IMG/VR virus record: IMGVR_UViG_3300042326_002445
Location: 124,001 to 188,000 of that record
Direction: 5' to 3' (one strand)
Length of the DNA stretch: 64,000 nt
Made by a program: the position numbers and the translations under genes. Shown piece after piece: positions 23,801-32,242 of this stretch (position 1 is its first letter; each line of letters opens with the position of its first letter). The notes under the pieces were generated by a model. That model was not told the DNA's origin and did no database searches. It was given only the letters and a program-made list of their open reading frames with translations.

Positions 23801-26800
23801 ATGGAAATTCTTCTTCAAGTTCTTCAAGTTCTTCAAGTGACAATAATGATCCATGTGTTTGTTTGACATCTTCTTCAAGCAGTTCATCATCTAGTTCATC
23901 ATCTAGTTCATCATCTAGTTCATCATCTAGTTCATCATCTAGTTCATCATCTAGTTCATCATCTAGTTCTAGCTCAAGTAGTGCATGTCCAGATTGCGAT
24001 AACATCCCCTCTATAATATTAGATAGAGAAGATTGGGCTAATGGAATAGTCAATTGTAGCAAGGTTGGATTCCCATCTGATGCAGTACTAAAAATAAAAT
24101 GGTTCAAAACTTGTGCTACATGCTGTGATTGCCCGCAAGAAAATCAATTTTCTATAGAATGTGACATAGAAATTAGCATATGGGATATTGATTGCATTTC
24201 TTGGGTGGATTTTTGGCAGTGGCTTATTACAAGTGGTCAAGCTCAACTTGTGATATGTAGCGTTGACGGCGGTTCTTGTAAATTTTATTGGAGAGCAGAA
24301 TTTACAAGAGACGCAGATTTGCCTTCTATATTTTACTGGGATTTTTCACAAAGATTCCAAGATTTTTTCCCTGATTATCCCGTAGATTGCTCATGCCCGA
24401 TATGTGATCCAAGTCCAAATTGCTGCACTTCAACATGCTTTGGATTGGGGACCATGATTAAGATGGCAGATGGTAGTGAAAAAAGGATAGAAGACATTAA
24501 AGAAGGAGACATACTCTTATCAGCTTACTTTAACGAATTTGGTATAGAGAGAAATCCAACTCTTGAGCAAATAAATAGCGGATGGACATTAAGTGATTCT
24601 CAATATATAAAATTTGCAGAAACAAGAGTTAAAAAGATTAGGATTGGTTCTGAATCTTCTATATACAAGTTTTCAGATTATTTGAAACTTACTTTTGAGC
24701 ACCCAGTGTTGATCATGGATGTTGATGGAGTTTTAAAGTTTAGAAGTGCAGTATACATGCAAGATAATGTATATGGGTACAACATAGATTTGGAAATGAC
24801 ACCGATGTCACATCCAAGTGTAATAAACAAAAAATCAATTACAATTAATATTACAACTGAGCCATTCCATTGCATATTCGCAGGAGGCATGCTAGTTCAT
24901 ACGGGTTCATCTAATAACTATACTAACACGATAGGATTTGGCGAAATAGGTGTTAGCATAAATACTAGCCTTTATAAGGATTTAATAAATCCAGCAACTT
25001 CTACTATAGAGAATGGCTCTACAAATATTGGGTTAATTTCAGATGGACTTGGAACCAACAATCCTACTACTGGCAGCCCCCTAGATGGGAATGAAGTGGT
25101 TGTTGCAGATAATCCATTCGTATGTCAATTTGCATGCAGGTGCTCAAGTGGAAATTGTAACACTGTTAAGTTTGTAAGTTCATGGCAATTAGGCAATCCA
25201 ATTGCTCTATGTGCAAATCCTACATCTTGTTGTTCGGATGGTCAATGCGCAAGAGGAGACGCAGATTGTAAAGATTCTTCAGATAATGTAGTACTTATAG
25301 AAAGAACTATAGTTGCTAGAGACTGCAATGATGCTTGTAGAAAATGTGCTAACATGGCCACTCAAGATCTTACTTTTGTGGGGAGCCCAGCAAATGAGTG
25401 CTTTAACGCTTCTTTGCTGTGCGGCGCAGGCAGCTCTTCATCTTCAGTTATTTCTTCATCTTCTAGCAGTAGTTCTCAAATTACTGGAGATGAGGTAGTG
25501 CTTTGGATAAATCCGCCTATGAAAGCTGTAGACAATGGCAGTGGAAGCATGATAGTTCAAGGCGAGTATACCGCTCATCTTTTAAGTAACGGTAACGATG
25601 GCACATTATTTGCTCAACAATTCCAAGTTCCTGTTAATTGCGAATGGAGAGTATATAAGTTTAGAATGTGGGGCGGAAGTGAATATTTCAACGAGAGTAC
25701 TGGCGGATCAGATGGAAATCAATTAAGCAGCAACATAGCTTCTATCAGAATTAACATATTCAAATTGCAGCAATCAACAGGTACTTGGGAAATATATTCA
25801 AGCGCCACTGGATATTTGAAGATTTCAAGTTCTCTAATACTGAATGATCAGGGCAGTACTTTTACTACTCCGAATCCATCAAAGAATTTTCAAATTGATA
25901 TGAATTTTGACCCCAGCGTATCTACAACTCTTAATCAGGGATCTTATCTTTTAGCTATTGGCGGAGTGCGTATGGTTACAAGCTCATTTTTGCCAAAGTT
26001 AATTTGGACAAATGGTCAAATTCCTGGAGGCAAGTATAAAACAGATAATTTTAATTGGGGATCTTTTAATGAGGAATCAGGTGGAGGTAGTTTATCTGGT
26101 GCTATAATTGGCATACGTAGTCCTACATGTGTTGTAAGTTCATCATCTAGTTCATCATCTAGTTCTAGCAGCAGTAGTTCAAGTTCTGGGTGTGTTGTTT
26201 GGACTGGTCCTGGCTGCCCGGACATGGATGGTGACGGGTTTGTTGGTGGTTCAGACCTTGCAGTATATTTCAGTGCTTCTGCAGATTATAACCCGATTGC
26301 TGACTTAAATGGAGATGGCGTTGTTGACGGATTGGATCTTGGTATTCTTCAATCATATTGGGGTTCGTGCGTCGAATGTCCTAATTGGAACGGTAGCAGT
26401 AGTTCAAGCAGTAGTTCAAGCAGTTCTAGCTTCTCATGCGTTCAGTCATTTGGACAATGGTTAAATACAACTGGGACTCAGGCATATTCTAGCATTATAG
26501 ATTTAAATGGATTTGATATCCAATCAGATTCCAGCGGTGAATATATAGATATTTGTATTGAATATGTGACAGGTTCAGAAGCTGCTGATAGGATAATGAT
26601 AGTAGCCACAAGAGATGACGAATTGTCTACAGATGCTGTCCTTAAGAATGGTGATTTAGACTATGAGCATTATGGAAGAAGACTTCTCTATGAAAATGGT
26701 CAATTATCTGGTTTTTCTCATCCAGATCATCCCATCTTTGCATACGAAGGCAGCCAATTTACTCTACCTAGTAGGTCAATATTGTTTGATAGTGGATGTG

Positions 26801-28899
26801 TTGCTACTGGGGCTACTTCTTCTGTTATCACAACGATAAGAGTAAGACAATTTTCTGTTGCATTTGATCCGGTAGATCCTATGTACAAAAAACTAAGATT
26901 AGTAGTATTTGGAGTATGTAGCTCGGATTTAGACCCAGATAGTATAACAAATTGGTGGGTAGATTTAGGATGTGATATTCTCAATTGTAATGTTACATCT
27001 TCTAGCTCTTCATCGTCCTCAAGCAGCTCGTCTTCGTCTTCAAGTGCATCTTCTTCATCTTCTTCAGGATGCACTAGAATATGGTCTAATCCAGGATGTC
27101 CAGATTTAAACAACGACGGATTTATTAATGGTAATGATTTTGGCTTTTTCTTGGGTATTATGTTCGGACCAGTAGATTATAATAACATTGTTTCTATTGC
27201 AGCCGATTTAGATGGGGATGGAAACATTAGTGGAGCTGACATGGGTCTCTTTCAAGGACTTACCTATGGATGCATAAAGTGTCCAAATTTCGATTGGTCT
27301 GCTAGTTCATCATCTAGTTCATCATCTAGTTCATCATCTAGTTCTAGCAGTTCATCATCTAGTTCTAGCAGTTCATCATCTAGTTCATCCATTCCATCCG
27401 GTCCTCCACTCAAAATTTATGGATCTAATAAATTTGGAAGATTTATTTCTGATGCTAAGAATGATAGAAATGTAGTAGACATTATATATATAGGTCAAGA
27501 TTCAAGATTTTGGGTTTCTGGATTAAATAGAGGCTTTAATTCTCTTGGAACAAAATCTTATGGGTCTCCATTTATGCCAGCTACTACATCAAACTCATAC
27601 GATATTGCACAAAATGTAACTACTTTATCAAATGACTGGGAGCCAGGATTTTTTCGTAGATTTAGTGAAACTGGAGCTATACTCCAGAAAGGTAGTGCTG
27701 TTTTCCCTGATGAAGGCATATATGAATCGTTACATAATTCTGTTAAGCCATATGGAAAGGGAATTGAGTGGGGATTTGCGCCAGAAATAGTAGAAGAATT
27801 TTATGTAGAATATTCTTCTGGTATATATGCGGCAAACACTGAACCTTCTATCGGTATTCCGCTAGATGATAATTCTGTATTGGAATACATGGTCATTAGA
27901 GTTGCTAATTTCACTGGTTCTTACACTCTTTCTGTATCTTCATACGATGGAGAAAATATATTTGTTAGCTCCCCGTTTGCTGGCGATTCACTTTCTACCT
28001 CAGAATGGGTAGTAGACAAAGTTGAGTTCCTTTACTCGTACAATGTTCATGGCGTATCTGGTCTTAAATTCTCATTCTTGGGCTCTATGAGAGACGGGCC
28101 TCGATCAGGAATAAGCGGAGATTTTGCAGTAGGACTGCACAGTTTGCATAGAAAAGGCATAGGAGGATTGGCTATTACTCCATTCCATACCTATGAAGGA
28201 GCAACTCTTGAATCAATACGGTCAGATTTTAACAAAGCTGAAGTGATTTTTACGCTTCAAACATATTTAAAAGTAATAAATCAAAGATCAGTTTCTGCTT
28301 ACAACTCTTTAGATGTCACTGTTGGTAGTCCAGGTAGAATGGTTTTCTTCATACAGGCAAATTCAAATTCTGAATCTACTCTTTTAGAGGATATTCAGGA
28401 CATAAAAGACCAAATTACGGCAGTATGTCTTAGCCTTGGCTTTGATGAGGAAAACTTTACTTTCTGTGTAATGATTCCAGCGGCTGTAAGTGAATTTGAT
28501 GAAGAATTAGTCAGTCAGCGTCAAACAATCGCTGATGCTATTATAGAGGATCAAACCTCTGTAGGCAATACTGTTTTTGTTAACATCCCTGCAATATTCT
28601 CTTACAGAGAAATGATTGATAATGGCTGGGCGACTGTCTCTGAACTTGCTCCTAGTAGTTTTACCGGAGGTCAATGCTGCGATGTTTTCGAGTATTGTGT
28701 AAGGTGGTCCGATTCAGACCCTACATTGTGCTTAGATTTTCGCAGACGCTGGACGTGCTGGGATTGTGATGGCCCTGGCCCAACTCTTGTGTGTGGCGTA
28801 ATTGAGGCCGGAGGGCCAGGCACAGGAGGTAGTTCTTCTTCCACTTCAGAAGGAGAAAGTAGCAGCTCTTCAAGTAATGAAAAGTTCCCATTTATTTAA
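20884..28899 (+). CDS. giant modular protein (2671 aa): Cys-bounded modules, two propeller regions, Hint domain, two dockerin/EF-hand-like modules and about 9 poly-Ser linkers
   Basis: Motifs read from the translation: DIDFDDEGNLYG / DIAVNDTGEIY; CFGLGTMIKMADG...TFEHP...GMLVHT; DLNGDGVVDGLDLG. Confidence 0.8.
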   Translation: MIRNPFETTQYASNFLKENIILDSSGIGLTGIDVLMQFLVNQTRIRQEAIRIGYISNNPAKIDGEDYSQISLLGLSFDTPQGIYDTSLLIVNAVKQMFAGHPSGLYEKVAYRPSIIQYQNPDDEVYVLRAGGFFHKIGDPSSEATTIGDDYFEYFDEIVDGDYLTSDDIDRFNNPPSFDNPSSPYATLNEYLKDQVKWVNSAISVLNKLKFINNKLVFTYPFADIAFGTGCSFTKTISSTTAPDSNGKPVEIILDMSEVVGSCIESGTDSYGYICIRWRSMGNGSRFVIMPTLGSNAQQTEFLRKPLWGAAVVTPSSDQPYVHSSSQGQGYLSSSNFIEYASSDEILKTWDPESGNVYDRPVSPILRSGCMNAPCCTTNNNTNKPPFREGGNDANSDFACILIDKALFSTGTGSEWDNKIRIVIFSGCQSTGENTSWELELNCLACNNCNSDLSICGGVASSSSSSENFNFGVFVLDDQNKIGKIDLITGNLSGRILRIKNDEGNTLDDQIHDIDFDDEGNLYGLGTSGILYLINKINGHADIVGDSGLRNTSGLGFGKDGKLYTVNNSTLCSLNTINGGSTSIGNIGYTGNGDICSAKSGTNRLLVSAKNGNSNILLEVAIGTSGVTSSVKLSVVPRVFGLARERGSSTPQPVAIADQKIYAFNRWDTGNASMVAICDFSQSGLCCGVGAAYWDGDFEDDNAFRLTAEDCSVIPVWLICEPTASGQPVKLVKIDVKTGNILSQIDVGGSYSGSIPMDIAVNDTGEIYINDSDRLYRVDPNTGIATIVGNITFSTPQYAPILSGLSFSKDNVLYGFAADGYFPPGPQALEKFPLFTIDTQTAVASVACDDFGIGCSGDAAVWTNDLLENYFFIIGSGEVNDQIYISRYDSADQECIGELITTSDEFTYGNKVWAITNAKDGFLYVIVGESNNKIIKIDPNTYSWIDTGLNVQNIGVAHGAAWAPNDLVCVGVDGNSSSSSSSSSSDNNDPCVCLTSSSSSSSSSSSSSSSSSSSSSSSSSSSSSSSSSSSSSSACPDCDNIPSIILDREDWANGIVNCSKVGFPSDAVLKIKWFKTCATCCDCPQENQFSIECDIEISIWDIDCISWVDFWQWLITSGQAQLVICSVDGGSCKFYWRAEFTRDADLPSIFYWDFSQRFQDFFPDYPVDCSCPICDPSPNCCTSTCFGLGTMIKMADGSEKRIEDIKEGDILLSAYFNEFGIERNPTLEQINSGWTLSDSQYIKFAETRVKKIRIGSESSIYKFSDYLKLTFEHPVLIMDVDGVLKFRSAVYMQDNVYGYNIDLEMTPMSHPSVINKKSITINITTEPFHCIFAGGMLVHTGSSNNYTNTIGFGEIGVSINTSLYKDLINPATSTIENGSTNIGLISDGLGTNNPTTGSPLDGNEVVVADNPFVCQFACRCSSGNCNTVKFVSSWQLGNPIALCANPTSCCSDGQCARGDADCKDSSDNVVLIERTIVARDCNDACRKCANMATQDLTFVGSPANECFNASLLCGAGSSSSSVISSSSSSSSQITGDEVVLWINPPMKAVDNGSGSMIVQGEYTAHLLSNGNDGTLFAQQFQVPVNCEWRVYKFRMWGGSEYFNESTGGSDGNQLSSNIASIRINIFKLQQSTGTWEIYSSATGYLKISSSLILNDQGSTFTTPNPSKNFQIDMNFDPSVSTTLNQGSYLLAIGGVRMVTSSFLPKLIWTNGQIPGGKYKTDNFNWGSFNEESGGGSLSGAIIGIRSPTCVVSSSSSSSSSSSSSSSSSGCVVWTGPGCPDMDGDGFVGGSDLAVYFSASADYNPIADLNGDGVVDGLDLGILQSYWGSCVECPNWNGSSSSSSSSSSSSFSCVQSFGQWLNTTGTQAYSSIIDLNGFDIQSDSSGEYIDICIEYVTGSEAADRIMIVATRDDELSTDAVLKNGDLDYEHYGRRLLYENGQLSGFSHPDHPIFAYEGSQFTLPSRSILFDSGCVATGATSSVITTIRVRQFSVAFDPVDPMYKKLRLVVFGVCSSDLDPDSITNWWVDLGCDILNCNVTSSSSSSSSSSSSSSSSASSSSSSGCTRIWSNPGCPDLNNDGFINGNDFGFFLGIMFGPVDYNNIVSIAADLDGDGNISGADMGLFQGLTYGCIKCPNFDWSASSSSSSSSSSSSSSSSSSSSSSSSSSSSSIPSGPPLKIYGSNKFGRFISDAKNDRNVVDIIYIGQDSRFWVSGLNRGFNSLGTKSYGSPFMPATTSNSYDIAQNVTTLSNDWEPGFFRRFSETGAILQKGSAVFPDEGIYESLHNSVKPYGKGIEWGFAPEIVEEFYVEYSSGIYAANTEPSIGIPLDDNSVLEYMVIRVANFTGSYTLSVSSYDGENIFVSSPFAGDSLSTSEWVVDKVEFLYSYNVHGVSGLKFSFLGSMRDGPRSGISGDFAVGLHSLHRKGIGGLAITPFHTYEGATLESIRSDFNKAEVIFTLQTYLKVINQRSVSAYNSLDVTVGSPGRMVFFIQANSNSESTLLEDIQDIKDQITAVCLSLGFDEENFTFCVMIPAAVSEFDEELVSQRQTIADAIIEDQTSVGNTVFVNIPAIFSYREMIDNGWATVSELAPSSFTGGQCCDVFEYCVRWSDSDPTLCLDFRRRWTCWDCDGPGPTLVCGVIEAGGPGTGGSSSSTSEGESSSSSSNEKFPFI
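23881..23964 (+). repeat. 12-bp tandem repeat AGTTCATCATCT x7 encoding poly-Ser
   Basis: Seven exact units; the same 12-mer recurs at 26137-26160 (x2) and 27304-27381 (x5, interrupted by AGTTCTAGC). Confidence 0.95.
24436..24903 (+). other. Hint (intein-like/Hedgehog-type) domain within the 2671-aa protein, 156 aa
   Basis: Block A CFGLGTMIKMADGSEKRIEDIKEGD, block B LTFEHP, C-terminal FHCIFAGGMLVHT. No homing endonuclease and no terminal Asn. Confidence 0.85.
26215..26370 (+). other. dockerin type I / EF-hand-like Ca-binding module 1
   Basis: CPDMDGDGFVGGSDL...ADLNGDGVVDGLDLGILQSYWGSC contains paired DxxxDGxxxxxD loops. Confidence 0.8.
27097..27273 (+). other. dockerin type I / EF-hand-like Ca-binding module 2
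   Basis: CPDLNNDGFINGNDF...ADLDGDGNISGADMGLFQGLTYGC. Confidence 0.8.
27304..27381 (+). repeat. poly-Ser tract built from AGTTCATCATCT and AGTTCTAGC units
   Basis: Three 12-mers, a 9-mer, a 12-mer, a 9-mer and a 12-mer. Confidence 0.9.
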
Positions 28900-28975
28900 A
28901 CAAATAAAAAGGAATAATATTTTCATAAATATATAAATGATTGTGGTTTATGTTTTATTGCAAGGAGTTTAATAA

Positions 28976-29350
28976 ATGCCACCAAAAGAAGATAAAGAAA
29001 TCAATTCAGATAATGACTCTATGAATAAATTGAATTTTATCTCCAACATAGGTCAAACATTTTGGACTGTAATAGTTGGCGCTGGCGTGTTCTTTGCAAC
29101 TATGTATTCTACTCAGTCAGTTGTTAATACAAGAATATCTTATATTGAGGAAGAGATTCGCAGCTTACAGCAAAATGATAAAAAAATGACAGACGATCTT
29201 CAAGCACTAAGTACGAAGCAAAATACTCTTCTTATGGACATTTCAAACAGGCTAAGAGATATGGAAGTGAAGCTCACAGAGCTACAGATAAGAGTTTTAT
29301 ATGCGCTTGAAAAAGAAGGCGTTAAAAAACTTCCAGAAAATACAAAATAA
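28976..29350 (+). CDS. membrane-anchored coiled-coil protein (holin-like topology, unproven)
   Basis: SD AAGGAG upstream; hydrophobic stretch TFWTVIVGAGVFFATMY followed by a heptad coiled coil. Confidence 0.65.
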   Translation: MPPKEDKEINSDNDSMNKLNFISNIGQTFWTVIVGAGVFFATMYSTQSVVNTRISYIEEEIRSLQQNDKKMTDDLQALSTKQNTLLMDISNRLRDMEVKLTELQIRVLYALEKEGVKKLPENTK

Positions 29351-30568
29351 TTATTTTAAATCGCTTAGATTATATATCTTACTTTCGTTCGGTATGCATA
29401 TTTTGTAGTCTTCTATAAGAACCCAGTGCCAAAGTCTGGGTTTTTTATATTCTGCATAATCTCCGTATCCATCAGTTAAAACTATAATTGCGTCATATTT
29501 TTTAATTTTATTATTTACATAATCGCTAATACATCTAAATGAAGTTCCGCCATATCCTAATAAAGTTTTACTTTTTTTGTTTATTTCATAAACTTTTACG
29601 TCAAAGTTATATAAAAATACGTTAAATTTATCTTTTGGAAAAGCCATTGCGGAAGACATAAAAGCTGAGCTCCAGTTTAAACATGAGCCGCTTGTATCCA
29701 TAAAAATATGAATGTTTCTTTTAGCTATTGTATCACACAGCGATTCATTATTTGGAAGTGCATAGTCTGATTGCCAGTCTCTTCTTCTAGGTTGCTCAAA
29801 CCAGCTTTCAACCTGAGAGTTTTGGTTTTCAAATCTTTTTACTATTTTATTTAAAACATTTTGCCAATTTGTGTTTTTTAGATCTTCTTCTTCGTTAAAG
29901 TTTAATGCTTTTTCTATGTTTCCAGGTTCTGTCCCTGGAATTGAATATTTTTGTTTAATTTTTTTTATTAGTTTTTGCAGATCTTTTAGATCTACTCCGT
30001 TCTTTTTCAGCCAATCAGTAATTTTTTTTAGTTGTTCATCCCCTAAATTACTAATTTTTTCTAACCATTCGTGGTCTATTCCATTAGCAAATTTGTTAAT
30101 ATCTATATTGGAATTTATAATATTTTTGTAATAATATTCAAAACATCTTCCGCTTTGCAGAGAAGCGTCAATTTTTTCCAAATAAACAGCGTTTTGTAAA
30201 ACTGGGCAATTGGAAGGATGAAAATCAAATTCATTCTTAAGTATCTCGTTTACGCATATATCCATGCATACATTTTCAATTTTAACGACTTGAGGTTTGC
30301 TTGAAAATCTTTTTCCATGATTTAATATGATATGAAGAAGTTCATGAGATACTATTGCAGCTTTTTCATAAATAGATAATGGTTCCCAAAAATATGGATT
30401 GTAAGCTATATGAAGTGGAGCCCTAGACCTGGTGCTGAAATTTACACAAGCAGTAGGTATGTCATTATTTTCTAAGAAATCAAAACACATTACAAGATTG
30501 CTCAAAATCTTGCTCTTCTTTGCTAAAACATTGCATATTTCTGTTTTTTCAAAATTGTTTTGCATCAT
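29351..30568 (-). CDS. metallopeptidase-like (HExxH) plus vWA domain protein (DUF2201-type MoxR partner)
   Basis: VSHELLHIIL; MIDAS motif FMDTSGS, GGTSF, LTDG. Confidence 0.85.
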   Translation of the reverse strand: MMQNNFEKTEICNVLAKKSKILSNLVMCFDFLENNDIPTACVNFSTRSRAPLHIAYNPYFWEPLSIYEKAAIVSHELLHIILNHGKRFSSKPQVVKIENVCMDICVNEILKNEFDFHPSNCPVLQNAVYLEKIDASLQSGRCFEYYYKNIINSNIDINKFANGIDHEWLEKISNLGDEQLKKITDWLKKNGVDLKDLQKLIKKIKQKYSIPGTEPGNIEKALNFNEEEDLKNTNWQNVLNKIVKRFENQNSQVESWFEQPRRRDWQSDYALPNNESLCDTIAKRNIHIFMDTSGSCLNWSSAFMSSAMAFPKDKFNVFLYNFDVKVYEINKKSKTLLGYGGTSFRCISDYVNNKIKKYDAIIVLTDGYGDYAEYKKPRLWHWVLIEDYKICIPNESKIYNLSDLK

Positions 30569-30570
30569 GA

Positions 30571-32193
30571 TTATTTAATGAAAGAATAAACTTGAGCTCT
30601 TTCATTCAACTTGATATTATGAGCATACCCGTACTTTTCAACATCAGGAAGTATCAGATACTTGTATATGTTTTGAAATTCTCCCGTAACCAATTCCTCT
30701 CCAGCGATTCTAGACCATCCTAATTCAAACATAGAGTCTTTTGACATATTTGCTGATGTGTGCAAATGATAACTAATCATTTGTGCTGCTTTTTCAGCCA
30801 CATTGATCATGGATGGATCTTTTTCAATAGAATTTCTAATTCTTTTATTTTTAAGACTAGATTCCAGAACAATAAGCATATCTTTTGCTTCATCTATCTC
30901 TATTGGCTCATAAGATTTATCAAAAGATATATTGCCCCAATCAGACCATCTGGAAACCGTCCTGACATTTGGATGTTTATTCATCCACTCGTCAACCCTA
31001 TAATTGATATGCTCATACCTTTTTGCACACTGATACTGGAATTCTTTGCTTGTCATTTCTTTATTGGAAATGATTTTATATCCAGGCACGCATACTTTTA
31101 TAATACTTTCTGCCCAATTCGATGCAGCTTTATTGTTGTTTATTGCAGTGATGTTAGCCATGCAAGATATGATTTTCTTTTGAATTTCATCCGGGCGCTT
31201 TGGATCTTTGTGCGCATGGCTTGCAGTATTTTTAAATGATGTATTATCTTCATACAGCTCTTCAATTCTTTTTTCTGCCCAAATTCTTATATTTTCATAT
31301 TGAATAAAAGAAGAAGCTAACTGTTCTTCGTTCATAAATTCAACGCATGTTTGTATTACATTTTCATTAGTTGTTTTGCTTACAGTATTCATTACTGAAT
31401 CAAAATCGTTGAGAAGACTTTTAATTTTATTAAAGTCTTTTTTCAGCACAGCTTGTGAGATTATGCTTTTTAGTGTTATAGAATTAATGGAATCTTTAAA
31501 TTCTTGTATGTCGATTGACTCTGGGAGAACGTCTTCTGGGTCTCCGCCTTCTTGCATTACGTCAATAGCATATTCAACTCTTCTTGGAGATATCTTATCT
31601 TTTTCTTTTTTCTCTAAAGAGTTGTACCATTCTGCAATGTTTTGTGCTTTTTCATTTCCATACTTTTGCGAAAAGAAGTCAATGCAAATTGTATCTTTAA
31701 TTTTATATTGCAGATGGAATCGATCCATTTGTGCTGGGTCTACTTTTTCAACATCATAAGTATCCATGGAATCCTCTGGGTTGATCGCCGCCCAAACACA
31801 CTGCAAATTGGGGAATTTGATGCCATTTACTGACTTAAATTGTATAAGCTCCATAACTGCGTTTCTAACTCTTTTTTGAGATCTATTAAACTCATCAAAG
31901 AAAAGAACTTTTATCACCTCTGGATTGATGTATTCTGGTTTCACTAATTTTATAACAGTTTCCCCATTTTTTTCTGACATTTTTGGAATACCCAAAAAGT
32001 CTATCCATGGGTCCATGGTTGCAGCGCTAAAAGAAACATATTCTGATTGAGGTTTAAGACCGTTATGAGCAATAACGTCATGTATTATCGATGTCTTACC
32101 AACACCGTGTTTGCCTTCAATAATGACATTTAAGCCGTTTTTGAGAGCAAATTGTAACTTGTTAAAAAGATCTTTTGATTCAATTTGTTTCAT
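30571..32193 (-). CDS. MoxR-type AAA+ ATPase
   Basis: Walker A GKHGVGKT, Walker B FFDEFNR, AAINP, DPAQMDRF, and ISPRRVE (sensor II). Confidence 0.9.
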   Translation of the reverse strand: MKQIESKDLFNKLQFALKNGLNVIIEGKHGVGKTSIIHDVIAHNGLKPQSEYVSFSAATMDPWIDFLGIPKMSEKNGETVIKLVKPEYINPEVIKVLFFDEFNRSQKRVRNAVMELIQFKSVNGIKFPNLQCVWAAINPEDSMDTYDVEKVDPAQMDRFHLQYKIKDTICIDFFSQKYGNEKAQNIAEWYNSLEKKEKDKISPRRVEYAIDVMQEGGDPEDVLPESIDIQEFKDSINSITLKSIISQAVLKKDFNKIKSLLNDFDSVMNTVSKTTNENVIQTCVEFMNEEQLASSFIQYENIRIWAEKRIEELYEDNTSFKNTASHAHKDPKRPDEIQKKIISCMANITAINNNKAASNWAESIIKVCVPGYKIISNKEMTSKEFQYQCAKRYEHINYRVDEWMNKHPNVRTVSRWSDWGNISFDKSYEPIEIDEAKDMLIVLESSLKNKRIRNSIEKDPSMINVAEKAAQMISYHLHTSANMSKDSMFELGWSRIAGEELVTGEFQNIYKYLILPDVEKYGYAHNIKLNERAQVYSFIK

Positions 32194-32242
32194 AGGTGAT
32201 TTTTATCCTTCTTAGTAATAATATCCGTATTGGAGGACGATT

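Noticed and set aside
24436-24903. Canonical self-splicing mobile intein
   Set aside because: No terminal Asn/Gln with a +1 nucleophile, no endonuclease domain, and the host protein is not a conserved enzyme; kept as a Hint domain instead.
23754-27113. Antisense ORFs with DDEL/ELE repeats (23754-24107, 26016-26225, 26727-27113)
   Set aside because: They are the reverse-complement shadow of the poly-Ser codon repeats inside the 2671-aa gene; there is no independent evidence.
6291-27381. Tandem repeats as a possible CRISPR array
   Set aside because: Units abut with no unique spacers, lie in frame within coding sequence, and no cas genes are present.
28201-28620. SGNH/GDSL esterase-like segment near the C-terminus of the 2671-aa protein
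   Set aside because: The alpha/beta pattern and FIQANSN are suggestive, but the catalytic GDS and DxxH motifs were not found.
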